A stretch of 64,000 nucleotides of DNA from Callorhinchus milii (taxonomy: Eukaryota), in the NCBI RefSeq assembly GCF_018977255.1, contig NW_024704742.1, forward strand, positions 77,254,001 through 77,318,000, given 5' to 3'. The notes beneath the pieces are model-generated. The model searched no databases. It saw nothing but the letters and a program-made list of their open reading frames with translations, and was not told the DNA's origin. Made by a program: the position numbers and the translations under genes. Numbering within the stretch: position 1 is the stretch's first letter; each line of letters starts with the position of its first letter. Below, in pieces: positions 50,014 through 64,000 of the stretch.

Positions 50014-52399
50014 TCTTCTTCCTCTGATTTGGCTCGACAGCTCCACAAGAAATTCCAGATTGATGGCAACGATATGTCGGGTGAAAGCAGACACTGCAGT
50101 CCTCTTCTCCTCTCCTCCCCACTCCACCCCCACCCCCCCACCCCCCCACCCGTTTCATTTATCCCCATTGCATGACTTTTCCTCTCTCCTGCCCTCCCTG
50201 GTTTGTTCCTATTCCTATTTCCATGTGCAATTTCTTCCTCTCTTAGTATCCTTTTTTTTCGTGCTACTATTCTCTCCCCCCCCACCCCCCAACCCCCTCC
50301 CCATCATTTTCCTTGCCTCACTTTTTTGTCTCGATTTCCCTTTCATCTGTGTATAATCCCCCCCCCCTCCCGTTCTATACCTATCTAAGAGGTTGCGTTA
50401 TTAATACAGTACAGTGCTGTGTGTGTGTGTGTGTGTGTGTGTGTGGGAGGGGGTTTGGGGGGGGGGGGGGGGCTAAGGTGGGAGTTAGACACCACATGCC
50501 GATGTGGCGTGATCGGAATGCACAGGACTGCGAATAGGGCCAACTTTTTGCTGCTGTTTTGCTGCCGTTGAACTTGAGAGAAGTGGCGAGAAAGTCTGCA
50601 GCGATCTGGGGATGTGCAGCACACGGATCGGCAGAGGAAGGGCGCCAAAGAGGAGGGAAAGCGAGGAGGGAGGGAGGGAGGGAGGAGGGAGGGAGGGAGG
50701 GGAGAGGAGGAACTCTTATAAACGTGTCCTGAACGCATCCAGAACCGTAAATAACAGTCGCTCCGAAGTGCATTGCAATTGGGTGACTCGCCTTCTGGCC
50801 CTTTTTTTTTGTTGCAAAAGATCAGGAAAGGAATCCAGGGAGAGAAAGCGTTTGATCCTTTTTTTTTAAATAATAATAATAATAATAATCATAATAAAAA
50901 AAAAGGGAGTTGCACCCAAACGGTGCACTGCACAGCTCTGTGTCTGGACATAACTTGCGCTGGGGGGAACATATGTTAAAGTTTAACTTTTGTTAGCGCG
51001 CTGGTTCGCTGTGGGATCCTGTCCAGCTGAGCAAGTTAATGCAGATTTGTACAACATCCCGTTTCCTAAATCCAAAGGAAAACAAAGTTTGAGAACATAC
51101 ACAGTTCCTATCATGAGCTGCCAGAATTGTTACTGCATATTTCCTTCCTTTCTCCCCCCCCCACCACCACCACCACCGCCACGTTCAGTGCAGTGTTGGA
51201 TCAGTGCAGGTTGCAACCAGAACCTCAAAGAATTAAGTCGGTAAAACATACAGGATCTAAATCCTGGGTATTCCTGCATTTGGCTATAAAAAACGGCCTC
51301 AACAGCTATTCAAACAGGTGCACTCTTAGGAATAAAATTAAATTACAATATGCGTTCTTTGCTTTTGTTAATAATTAAACCGATTTAGGTAAAAGGTACA
51401 CTGATCTCCTGAAACATTAGCTGTTCAATGACAGCTCTGCTGTGCGTGTGGGGCAGCGACTGCTTTAACTGCATTGCAAGAAGGTTGGAAACTCCTTTCA
51501 GCAAAGAGAGTTATATAATCGCATTACCAAACGTAGCGAATGTAGAAACACATTTACTTGACTTTAACACGCCCGAAGTTAAGAGTCGCGTTAGTTTGTG
51601 CTCGCCTTGAAGTGCATAATGCTGTACAGTTTTTACCCTCTAAATTTACATTATAGCGATTAAAAAGGGCGCCAAAATGCAACAAGATCGATTTCAAGGT
51701 ATCTACGCCCTTGTAAGTACCATTATTTTTTACTGTATTTTACAAGGTTAAGGATGTGAATGGATCTATCTCCCTTCCCGCACATAATTTGCAGATTACA
51801 TTCTGCCTGACATTCTGCAGCAGAGACGACCTGTGCAGTAAAATGACCTTTCTGTTTTGAAAAAAGAAAAAAAAAATTGAAACTTTGACCTGAAAAATGG
51901 ATGGAATTTTATTTTGGTTATTTTGCTCTCTCTGGCGATTGCCTATAAACCTTGTGGATAGTGGGATTGGGGGAAGAGAGAGCAAATTGTTGGCGAAATA
52001 TTATCTGAGCCAGCAGAGACAAGGGCAGAAAGCGACTGTCTACCTATATATAGACCATCTATCTATATAACTCTGCAAAACAATCCCACTGAATTATTAT
52101 TAACCCTATTCCTGAAAAAAGCAAACAAAACTGTCGCCTCCCCCAGACTGTGTCTTGGAAAGTTAAGGGGATCGTCTGTACCTCACTATATTCTCCCCCC
52201 CCCCCCCCCCCCCCCCCCCACCTGCTTCTCTAGGATCGGTAGAAATCTGTATTAAATATCTTTCAGTTGATCGCAAGGCAATGATTGGATTTTGGTGAGA
52301 AAGCGATCTGGGTGAGAACACACTGCAAATATTAATTAAACGCGGCAGGAAAACGGGAGCAAAAATGCAGATGGTCTGTTCTTCGGGATTAGCTCTAGT

Positions 52400-53126
52400 C
52401 ACTGAACTATAATTATTCCCGATAAACCACTTGCAATTTTGCAGTGCGGGTGGATCCCCGCACAGACCCTCAATAGCACTGAAAAGTTGCGTGTGTGTGT
52501 GTGTGTGTCTCTCTCTTTCTCTCTCTCTCTGTGTGTATAGAAAACTTTCAAAGAATGTGCAAAAGTTTGCAGAGCGCCAGGTTTTAGCATTTCGGATGCT
52601 AAAATATTTGCCAAGTGCTGGTGAACCTCCGCGCCCCCCCCCCCCCCCCACCACCACCAGCAGCCCCCCACCCCCCCCCCCCCAAAAAAAAAAAAAAAAT
52701 CTGCGTTTTTCTTTGGAGAAATCTGTCCAACTTCGCTGTCGGAAGACGAGATGCTGCTTTGGTGCAAGTTGCAATGGACTTGCAACGTTTGAGGAGGTTT
52801 CTGCTGGTGTCTTGGCGAAATCTGGGGAATTTTCCATTTTGTCTCCAACGCCAGGGGTTGGTCAGAGTCTCCAGTTTGTAAAATGACACAACACCTCGGC
52901 AGCTTTTGCCCCCCCCCCCCCCACCTCGAAAAAAAAAGGAGTGATTTTTTTTGCATAAGCAGTCTCTGCTTCTCTGCCTCTCTCTCTCTCTCTCTCTCTC
53001 CAGTTCCCCCTCTTTTTTTTTTAACAGAGCAGCAGATCAGGGGTTGGTGGATCGGAGTGCGTATGTGTGGTGTGTGAGAGGAGGAGACGACTGAAGGAGC
53101 CACAGAGAGACAGAGAGAGAGAGTGT

Positions 53127-53164
<38 letters not shown>

Positions 53165-53507
53165 TAAATAAGAAATCTGTAATATCTCCCAAACCCTGTA
53201 GATCGCTCCTCGAAGGTGCACACACAGTCACCTTTTTTTTCCCACCCCCCCCCCACCCCACACCCACCCCCCACCCACCACCACAGCACCCAGTGCCGGA
53301 GACGCCAAGCGGCACTTTCTTATCCACCTGGTGCCTCGCATCCCGTTGCCAGCCCCAGGAGCTGCCCTCCCTGCCCTGCCCTCCCTGCCCTGCCCTCCCC
53401 TCCTCTGCCCTGCGTCGCTTTTTAACGCATTGCATCGAAAGTTTTGCCTGGTTTACTGCTGGACTGGAAGCACTTGGACTTGAACCTCAGGCGCGATCGG
53501 AGTGGGG

Positions 53508-53541
<34 letters not shown>

Positions 53542-53875
53542 GAGGGGGGGGGGGGGTACCGTGCAACGTCGTATCGTGCACCATCCTATAGTGCTGCAGT
53601 GTGTGTGTGTGAGTGTGTGAGTGAGGGAGAGGGATTGCCAAGCCCGGACCCCCACCCTCGGGATACCTGCCCACAGGATCTTTAGGCGCCAACAACCCCC
53701 CCCCCCACCCCACTCCCTCCCTCCCTCCCTCCCTCCCCGACTCTCTCGCATTTATTCGCTGAGTTCCCAATGAATGGATAACGAGTTGCTCAGATCCGTC
53801 TAAAAAACAAACACCAGAATATATATATTTTGCTGCTGGAGTTACTGTTGGTTGTTATCTGGTTGTGGCGCCGCG
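52400..53875 (+). promoter_or_regulatory. Proximal promoter and long 5' UTR of the MMYSPICLTQ exon
   Basis: CpG/GC-rich unique blocks interleaved with poly-C, (GT)n and (GA)n tracts directly upstream of the ATG. The TSS cannot be determined from sequence. Confidence 0.7.
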
Positions 53876-53905
53876 ATGATGTATTCTCCCATTTGTCTCA
53901 CTCAG
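53876..53905 (+). CDS. NFIB: Nuclear factor I-B, first coding exon (MMYSPICLTQ)
   Basis: ATG ATG TAT TCT CCC ATT TGT CTC ACT CAG|gtagtt encodes MMYSPICLTQ, the NFIB-type N-terminus (NFIA MYSPLCLTQ, NFIX MYSPYCLTQ). The phase-0 donor joins in frame to DEFHPF at 60083. Confidence 0.96.
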
Positions 53906-56900
53906 GTAGTTGTATTTTTTTTAATACGCTTTGGATCTTTCTCTCTCTGTCTCTCTCTGTCTCTTTCCCTCCCTCCCTCCCTCCCTCCCGCACTTTACTT
54001 TTTATTTTCTTGTGAGCTCTTGCGTTGCAACATGAAAAGGGGGTGTGGGGGTGTGGGTGGGTGTGTGTGTGGGGGGGGGGTGTGGGGGGGGTGGGGGTGT
54101 GTGGGTGCTTCACAGGACTGTTAAACCCGATAGCAGAGAGAGCAAATCTGTTGGTGTCTGTCTGTGTGTGTGTCTGTCTGTGTGTGTCTGTCTGTCTGTG
54201 TGTCTGTCTGTCTGATTTCCAAGTTTAAAGAGGAAGAGGAGAAGTGGAGCAAACTAACACTGCACATCACTCTGTATAACAATCCTCGCATTTGCTGCTT
54301 CCCAGGACCTGGAAAGCCACTCTCCCTCTCCCTCTCCCTCTGGTTTTGCCTCTTGTGTACTGTGCTACTGTAGCCCTGAGTGACACTGAGGACTTCAGTG
54401 CGAGAATGTGTGTGTGTGTGTTGTGTGATAACTGCCCACAGTAGCCACCGACATGTATTTTAGAGCTCTTATGATTTTATTCCCCCCCCTTCAAACTTTG
54501 AGATCCATGTTGTGGCTATTTGATAGCTTCGTCCGAAAGTTTTTTTTTAATAATTACCATTAAGGCAACGGCTGGATGCAATTGTGGAATGGATAGGAAA
54601 AGCATTGCTGTTTTTACTGCCATTAATTTGACTAAATATATAAATTGACTTCAGCTTAACCAGTAAATAGCAAATCTGGCTCCATGTACTTTTTAAAAAA
54701 AAACACGCAATACAATGCATTTTTTGTAAGTTTCTTCAATTTGTTTTGGGGATTTCGTGCTGGGGATTTATGTAACGAAGAACCTTGCAGGATTAGTTGA
54801 ACAAGTTAGTTTTGCAAAAGACCTGTAAAACTTATTTATATGTAACAATTTCAGGTGAAATCATATTTCTTAACTGGTAACCAATGCAGAACCCAAGTTC
54901 ACAAATTTATAAAAGGATTTCTTTAACAGTCACTTTTTTCCTAAAATGTTTGTCCACTTATTCCTTTTCAATTGATTTAAATTAATTTGATTCGAGCATT
55001 GCAATAGAGTTTTCCACTTTAGGTGAACGAGACTGATGATTACGATTTATATTTCTGCGTAAGATAATTGAGGCTGTTTTCCGCCAAGGTTTATATCAGA
55101 CATTCAAATAAATACTGGACTGTACAGTCATCCGTTTGAAAGGACAAATATTTGTTTTTTTATATTTGTTTTGGTCAGAAAAAAAATTGTCGTTGGGATA
55201 AAAATAATCACACTTGATTGTAGGCGAAGAAGATTGTTATAGTCATATGAAGGAATTAGAATTTAAAAAAGCGATGTACTTTTTCTTTTAAAAATTACCC
55301 CTGACCCACTGTTAATGGATGGGATAAAATCTTTGAATTGTTTTCGTCGCTATTTAAAGTAAACTTCTCTGTTTTGAGTTTGTATGCCTCACAAAATTTA
55401 AAAATTGCATTGAAAGTTGAGAAATGAGAGCGGAATCATTCTGCACTATCGGCATTTTTTGAGCGTGACATTCATATAGTTGAAATTTAAAAAAAATTAG
55501 TTGCTATAAATACAAATATCTTTAAAATCCTGTTTAGACAGGTAAACGTAAATTAAGCTCCATTCTGGGAAAAAAAGAATGAGACCTTGGCTTTCAAACT
55601 GTATTATTTTGGATGAAACCAGAAATGAAAAAGCGCATTAAACTGAACCGTAAACAATGAGCTAAATTCTATATTTATTGGACTGCTATTGATTTACTTT
55701 ACTTTGTTACATTTTGTCCTTATTTTATAGTTGTTTGATGTTTAATGGCGCAAAATAAATTGCATAAATGAGGAAAAGCCATTTGGCAAAATTATCATCC
55801 TGTAAATTTATGTATCGAATTCTGGTTTCCATCCTACATCTATCAATTAAAATGACCGCAATCGAAGTTTGCAGCATTCAAAGAATTCCTAATTACTAAA
55901 ACTAACAGCTGGAGAAAGTCCAGGAAAGGTAGCTTTTTATTAATTACAGTTATATGCGGTTAGTGAAATGCATACCTTTTGGTTTACAAATAGTCGATTG
56001 GGAAACTGAACACAAAGTGCTGACCACGTTTTTAGCTGAAAACAAATTGAAGGGAAGGCGTGTTAACTGTATGAATTGAGCATGAAGATGAAAAAATGAT
56101 GTGGTTTTCATAATTGAGAACAGCCATACACTTGTTTTTCTAACGCTTTTGTATTTCCTTCTTTCTGTTTTGTTTGGCGTCATGAAAAGATTAAAGGAAG
56201 ATAGGTTGTTTTTTTCTGCAAAAATGCAGCAATATAAAACGCAGCTTGAAATATTTTAGGGGGAAAAGCTGTCAGATAACAATTGACAGAACAGGTCGTT
56301 GAGATAAATAGCGAAATACAGTTGAAGAATTTATGTACTTTGATGGCCGCTTTTGAAATAATTTGGGACAATAAAAGTTTTGTAGGTATTTTATTTGTTG
56401 AGACTCACAAATGTTTCCTGTTTAAAAACAAATTCAGACTGAATTTGGGGATCATGCACAGATCGATCTCGCAGGTGATATTCGCTAATATTGCTGCTTT
56501 TAATATTTATTCAGTAATCGAGAAAGGCGTGCTTTGTTATATTTCAGGGCTCCGCATGTGCCAATCAACACAAACAATTTACGACTTAAAATGATTTTTT
56601 TTGTATATTTTCATTCTTCCTGTAGCTTATTTAAAAATAAATCATTTTGATGTTCATTAAATTGTAATGATATTTAATAACAAACATGAAAATTATTATT
56701 TTCGACAATGCAACAAATTCACTAGAATTTAAATGTAAGGTGTTTTATTTAGACTCTGGAAGTTTCAAAGTTTTTAACTGATAGTTGCAAATATAACTGG
56801 AGACTACATTTACCCATTTGCGAATGATGGTATCAAAGCCAAAGTTTGGTTTCATTAGATCAGAGACCTTAGAATACTGTGCTCATTGACAACGGGATTG

Positions 56901-59900
56901 CGCGCTTTAAGCTTTTAAAAATTATAATTGAATTGAGTGTGTTGAAACTTTATTTAAATTTAAAAAAATTAATATATTGGAATTACTAAATGGCCTTATT
57001 TTCTTGAAAAAATATGTGAATCAAGTTGCATACATAGATCTGTGCTCAGTTGCAGTTTGTTCTGCCAAATATCTAAACGCCTTAAAATAAAAATAAATTT
57101 CTGAGCAATGCCAAATTTGCTATAGGAAGAAACCTAGGAAAATCAAATGAATCTACCAAGGACATAAAAGATCTCCAAACTGTTGACATGATATTTTTGG
57201 AGCATTTCGAAGTTGCCTGTCATATTTGCTCCAATTCTCAAAGAACATCCATTTGAAAGTTGCAGTTTGTGGGTTTAATTTAAAATGGTCAGTTTACAGT
57301 TTAAATGTATTTCCAAACAGTTCCGCAAATGGCTGGCAATGGCATACCCCCAATTAAAATAACTGAGTGCAGCTACATTGACTTTATTCTGGCAATCTAA
57401 AGCCAGATGGTGGACGGGCAGGAACAAAACTATAAAATTGTGTTTGGCTTGGAAAAGAAAAGTTGTGCGGACTCACAGCACAATACTAAGTGTGCTGCCC
57501 GCAATCAGCGAAACAGAAAAGATAGTTGCGCCCTTTTATTTTGGGGCTGGTATTTTCAGCCGAACGGATTTGCCCGTTGCTTCAAATAGCTTTAAATTGT
57601 CTTTGCGGTAATTTCGTGTACGAAAGAATTTGTATTTTTCACAGAGAGGTTGCAGAGGTTGTTGGTCTATAATTCTGGATTTTTTTCTTGTCTCGGAATT
57701 AGGAAAATAAAACTTAATTTAATGCCTTTAATATTTTTAATCATTCTGCGGTTTGGTTTCCACTCCGTGGCGCCCACCAGGAAAAATATCCCAACATCTC
57801 CTGCCCATACGGTTATTATTGCAGAGTCTTTAAATGTTACAATAAAAATCAGCGGTAATTCAGATCTTAATAGTAACTTAAAAGATAGGGTAAAAGTCAA
57901 TTACAACTTTTCATTTGGCACAAAATTCTTATAGTAAATTGCTTTCATTTCAGAAAAAAATTGTTCGAACGGAAATTCCGCATCATTTTCTCTTCACTTT
58001 TGGAATTGGTTTTCATGAGCTGGTTTGCTTGGCATTAGAACAATTTGGTGTGCAAGTGGTTTCTCAAGTACTGTACATGAAGAGAGTGTGCAAAGGTTAA
58101 GTGAAGTGGTTCCAATTTATTGCTGCAATTGCGAAACCAACACGTTGACTTGTATCTAAAATTACTAAAGACAAAAAAGGTGTTAGGTTTTTTTGGGGTG
58201 CGGGGAGGGGATCACGAGTGATTTCTCCTTTGCAATGGAAAAGATTTTTGAAACCTTGCTTTTAAGTTTTTAATTCACAAAGACCTGCATCGGGTGCTCC
58301 CGCCACGCTCTCACTATGGTTGCTAAGCTCTCTGCACAGAAAATTCCAAGGCTGCCCGAAAAATATTTTTCTGCTATCGTAAACGCATTAAAGTATGGGA
58401 AAAAGCAACTTTTTTTTTACATTTTATATTTTTCTGCACCTGGCTTCAAACCTAAGTTTCCTGTAAATGGATAGTTTGAAAAGCAAACAATGGCAGTAAG
58501 GGCGAGGAGCTGCAGCGTTTTATCCTGGGCTGCGGTTACCCAGAACAGAGCTGCTATTCATGCAAAAAGAAGTTTGTGGCTTAACTCTTTCAGTGGCTTA
58601 TTGTGTTGATTTTGGCAAATTCATAAATCCAGTGCCTCCATGACTGTTATATTTCATTTAGAGTTTGCCTCGCTATTTAATCCCGCTCACCCAAAAAAAA
58701 TCAATATTAATATTCATTTTGCATATCCATAGTGCTCGCCTAGGGGTCTACTTTAAAAGCTTGCATTGGATAAATGAAAATTGAAGCACAGCACAAATTC
58801 TTTTTGCAGTATAACCCGTGTGTTTTTTTTTGTTAAATTTTATTCGCTGGTCGAGCCACTGAAGCGTTCTAAACTTTGGTTTTGTGCAAATGAACATCTA
58901 CGGCCCAGAACATTAATACATGTGCTGAAAAGGTTTACGTGTTTTTTATTTTTAGGTGCGTGGGGGCAAGCCCTGAATCAATAAGCAAATATTGCAATTC
59001 TTTGAAGGGATTCTTGTATATGTCAAATTTAAAATGTATTAATTAATCAATTAATCAATCCAGAAGGCTTTTTTAAAATAAAGGAACCAGACAGTGCATA
59101 AAGTACCATTTTAAATCAGCACTTTACAAATCTCCTGGCTAACTTGGGAGTGACATCCCTGCCAGAGTGAGCAGAGCACAAAGAATGCCAAGTCTGTGCC
59201 AAGTTGGCATTTCTCATTGTCCATCACCAGTGATGCTTTAAAGGGGTTTTGGAATAATTACTGAATGCAATTGGCCTGATAAATGAACTGGCTTTACAGG
59301 GCCTCCTACTCTGTCCTGAAACTGCACTTCCCGTGAGCGGAGCCTTTTTAATTATAAAGTGTGAGGTGTAAAACTGAAAGCAGAAAGAAGTCTGAAACAT
59401 TGGCACAGCTGGCAGAGACTTTCAGTTCTTTTCTTTCTCTCTCCTGTCTGGTGCTTCAAAGAACAGTAACCTCCTCCCCCATGGCTCCCCTCCCCCTGCT
59501 TGCCCATGCAAAGGTTTCTGTAGTTACTGACAATGGAATGGGGCTGCTACAGTACAGGAATGTAGGAAGATTTGAGGAGAAATAGGATCGGATCCATTGG
59601 CGCATGCGCCACTGATTTCAGTGCCGTCTTGCTGAGAGCAGCCTCAACAAGCGGGGTCTGTAGGTGCCCGCTGGAGGTTCTGTGTAGTACTGTGTTTAGC
59701 TTCGTTTGTCCACTCTGTGAGGAGGAAAACAACACATTGTGACACTCACTGCTGCTTTCGCCCGAGTCCTACCGGCTGACACGACTGACTTCCACCGAGT
59801 ATTCATTTTTAAAATGGTATCTAAGCCTTGATCAAACATCAAAATAAGATGCTCCCATTTTTTAGCCAGAGAAATATCACTGCTCAGTTTTCTCTTTTCA

Positions 59901-59989
59901 ATACGGAAGGTGCTTTGCCTGCCCCCAATTAAATCACAGGCAGTGAAGTGAAATTTACAATGTGCCTCTTTATTCAGTTACGTTACTGA

Positions 59990-60694
<705 letters not shown>

Positions 60695-63600
60695 TAGGTT
60701 CATATTTTCTTTTAAAACCTTTAAAAAAATCTGAGATTTCTGATTCTACTTAGAGATTTGAAATTATTTGCCCACCTGCACTGTCAAACAGTTCGCACCA
60801 ATTAGACCATCATTTATTTTTGTTTTGAGTGAAGAAATGTACACTGAGGTTGCTCCATAGTGCAGTAACGTGTCATGATGCGCAGTGCATTACATTTGTG
60901 TGACTGCCTGCACTGACCGTTTTATAATTTTATAAAAATTTATTCTCTTAAAGATAACTGGGGAATTGTCATTTCCTTCCTAACTACTGCAGTAAGTGAA
61001 GAGGGTCAAATGCATCAAAGTTGGTGATTCAGAGCTAACTTTGCTCTGTTTCTGAAATGAACGCTGGTTGTCTCTCCTGTGAACAATCGGGGGGGGGGGG
61101 TGAGGAAAGGAATATTCCTCCTATTGTATGTATGCTTTCATCTCTTGATAGAGTCTTAAATGTGTCTGTGAACCTAGCATTCAAAGGTTCTCTTCACAGC
61201 CATGGAAATAAAAATAACACTTTTCCCGCGAGAACCGTTGATGAGAATGTTTGAAATCGTTTGTGCTTATTTTGTTTGATTATTTTGAAGCATTACAAGT
61301 ATAATTTTCCATTCCTTCCCCCCCCCCCGCCTACCCCCCCCACCCCCACGTCATTTAGCTCCTCTTACAGCATTTTCTCTTTGAAGGCAGGCAAGTGACT
61401 TCCTCCTTGGCTTTGGTAAACGCCACTTTTTTCTTGGCCACGAAAGGTGTATCTGTGACTAGCATTGATTTATATTGCTTCATCTCCATTCTTTCCATGT
61501 GCTTCTGCTTGACCTCTTCATCTTCCATGCGTTAGGTCATGAGAGGACTATGCCATTATAGAAATAGAATTAGGTCTATCCCCCTCATGGTGTACATGGG
61601 CCTATTTTACTTGGTGGGAGGGGAACATTTGGAGGAGACAGAAACCTGGAATTCCACTTTGTCTCAGCCCGCATGGCCATTTTGTCTTGAAATCTGAGAT
61701 TGCGCAGACCTATGAAAAATTCTTAACGTCACTCTTTATTTGGAAGCTGGTATATATTTTTTAAAAATGAAGAAATCTTGCTTCCAAATTCAGACGCACT
61801 TTGCCAATTTTGCACCATTCCGTGCATTCTTAAATGCTGAGGTAAATGGTTTTACAGATGAAGACTAGGTGAAATTTCAGGCTCAGAGTCCTGTTTACCG
61901 CTGTGACAACACGGACCAGCGATGTTTTCATGTCACACTTAGACAAATATTGTGTCATCATGTGACAGTGTTTGGGAAACAAAGAAAAAAGGTCAAGTGA
62001 AACAGCAAACTCTTCAGCAATGACAACAGTAACAATCGCTAGCATTGGGATGAAAACCGATTTTCATAACAGAAGTTTGATGTCAGAACATCAAATCTAA
62101 TGTGAAAAATTGTTTTTCCCACATGGTTGTCCTATTTCACATGAGTTTTGTGAGTGAGAATGGGCGATTCGTTCAAATTTACAGTGAAGATTGGACATTT
62201 GGCAATTTCTCCAAATTTGAGATGAGCTGTTATATGTTCTCGCATATAATTTAATCCAAACAAATTTTGGATTGAGTGAATATAGAAAGTGTGCACAACC
62301 ACAGAGGCTTTGCATCTAAAAGTGTTGCTCTTTCCATGGTTTTGTCAAAAGGAAAATTAGGAATTGACAAGATCCCGAAGGCGAGCAGCATCCAGCTTTT
62401 GTGAAGTTTGAGCAGGTAGTTCAAGAAGATACAATACAAGGAAGATGCCCAATTGGCAAATAGTTACCCAACTTAGAAATAAATAAAAGGAATTGTTCTC
62501 CCTTTCCCTATTTCGCCCCCCCTCCATAAATGCTCAGGTATGTCTCACGGGTAGGATTGAAACAAAGATACTGTTTACACAATGTTCAAGACACTTAGTT
62601 GAACTAAACTATTATTTCCTTTTTAATAAAAAAGTGTGGTTGTCTTTTTAAGATGAATACATGCACAAGGATGTTCTCTCCATGTTCTAGGTTGCCCTGC
62701 TGTCTTCTATAATGCATTATCTCGATGCACTTTGCTTTGGAAATTCCGTTCTGCAATAGCTGTTCGGCTGTTTTCTGAAAGGTGGTTGTGCACATACTTT
62801 TCTTGTTCATTTCTCTCCCCAATGTATTTCTCAAAGCCTCCGTGCTGATTTATAAAGGTGTATCAGCGTGGTGCCAGTGTTTCTCGGTAATAGTAAATAC
62901 TAAATTCATATATATTTGCAAGGCCTGAATCCTCACAATACTCATATCATTGTTTGTATAACTGGTGGCAGTACAGTTACTTGGGGGGGGGGGGGGTTGT
63001 TGCTTGTGTGAGCAAAATGCAACGTCATCATGTGTTTCTTCAATGCTTTTAATGAATGGATTGAATAAAGAGTTTTTCCGGATTTCCGCAAGTCTTCGTA
63101 TTAAGAACTTGATTTTTTTTAAAAAAACGCCAACTTTTTACGACAACTTTTTGCACAATCTTAAATTTTAAGGGGAAGGGTTAAGACCAGGAGGATTTTC
63201 AGGCCTCAAATCATCAGAAAATGTTTTCACTTGATTGTATGTAGGAAATTCAAGGACCAGAAATACTGTATTTTTTAGTCTAGGACCTTGAGGCAGTTGA
63301 CATGGGAAATTGGGTGAATAACATACACCCCCAACATGGGAAATAACAGGCATAGACACAAGTATGCCTGATTAAAATTATTGTATCTTGCATGAGCTCG
63401 CAAATATCTCCTTCTTACTACCACAAGCAGCTGTTGAAATTGGGCTCAAACCCCATATGAAGTTTATGTTGAGCCACAGATTAAAATCTGACCACTGTGC
63501 TGAGAAGAGGCAATGCAAAACGTAATTTTCTCTCAAATGCCAATTTCTGCAGTAGTGGTGGAAAGAAGTTGGCGACTTTGAGAACAAGGAAGGGCTGTGG

Positions 63601-64000
63601 GTCTGTTGCAATTAATTATACTCTTGCATTTCCTTCAACACAGTGTGGAAACGCATGGTACAACGTTCCAAAAATAGAGTCGAAGGGAATAATTGCAGCA
63701 AAAGACATTTGTGCCAGCACAGCAGTTTTGAAAGTCTAACTTACAATATTTCGGAATAAGAAATATTTAATTATTGAGCTGCTAACGCATCAAATTTGTA
63801 ATTGTCACATTTATAAATATCAAAGATTTCTTCAGCAAATTAGATATTCGCTTTAGAAATTTGATGATTCACCCATTTCTTATTAAGAAAAATGATAAGA
63901 AATACCGCATATGAGATCGCCTCAGTTCATTCACTTTGGTGACTGCATTTTCATGACAGCTTCATGTGCTACGTGGAGCTTCGCTTTGTGCTGCGGTCTT

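Larger units (their letters stand above)
47750..51000. promoter_or_regulatory. Upstream CpG-rich promoter cluster (blocks near 47.8-48.1, 49.2-49.55 and 50.5-50.8 kb)
   Basis: CpG-rich blocks, an inverted CCAAT (attgg near 47871), G/C homopolymers and purine-rich tracts; no transposons. Confidence 0.55.

Noticed and set aside
48202..54373. Numerous 100-300 aa ORFs in the promoter region
   Set aside because: Derived from (GACA)n, (GA)n, (GT)n and poly-G/C tracts with no domain-like content, apart from the 10-codon exon 1.
59597..59612. Full palindromic NFI site
   Set aside because: Spacing is TTGGC-N6-GCCAC rather than N5; better read as an NRF1-type palindrome.

Overview
This is vertebrate genomic DNA, not prokaryotic. 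The repeat content (Deu-domain tRNA SINEs with L2 tails, CR1/L2 LINEs, AmnSINE2-like relics) suggests a cartilaginous fish, possibly a holocephalan; that assignment is inference. The window covers about 50 kb of upstream non-coding DNA and the 5' end of an NFIB (nuclear factor I-B) gene on the + strand. Coding exon 1 (MMYSPICLTQ) is at 53876-53905 and the 532-bp DNA-binding-domain exon 2 is at 60083-60614. Nearly all other ORFs in the track are spurious (microsatellites, SINEs, low complexity) or decayed LINE reverse-transcriptase fragments. I found no self-contained new gene system. The best leads are regulatory or structural: candidate alternative first exons ending in a bare ATG, each main leader carrying short uORFs; a divergent arrangement of CTCF-like sites; a ~310-bp inverted repeat with a 58-bp perfect core; a young head-to-head SINE pair whose tail matches a co-resident L2; an orphan CpG-rich island with a candidate structured element; and a ~17-kb transposon-free, CpG-retaining zone over the gene's 5' end. 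Repeat family names and paralog comparisons come from memory of consensus sequences and need confirming by search.
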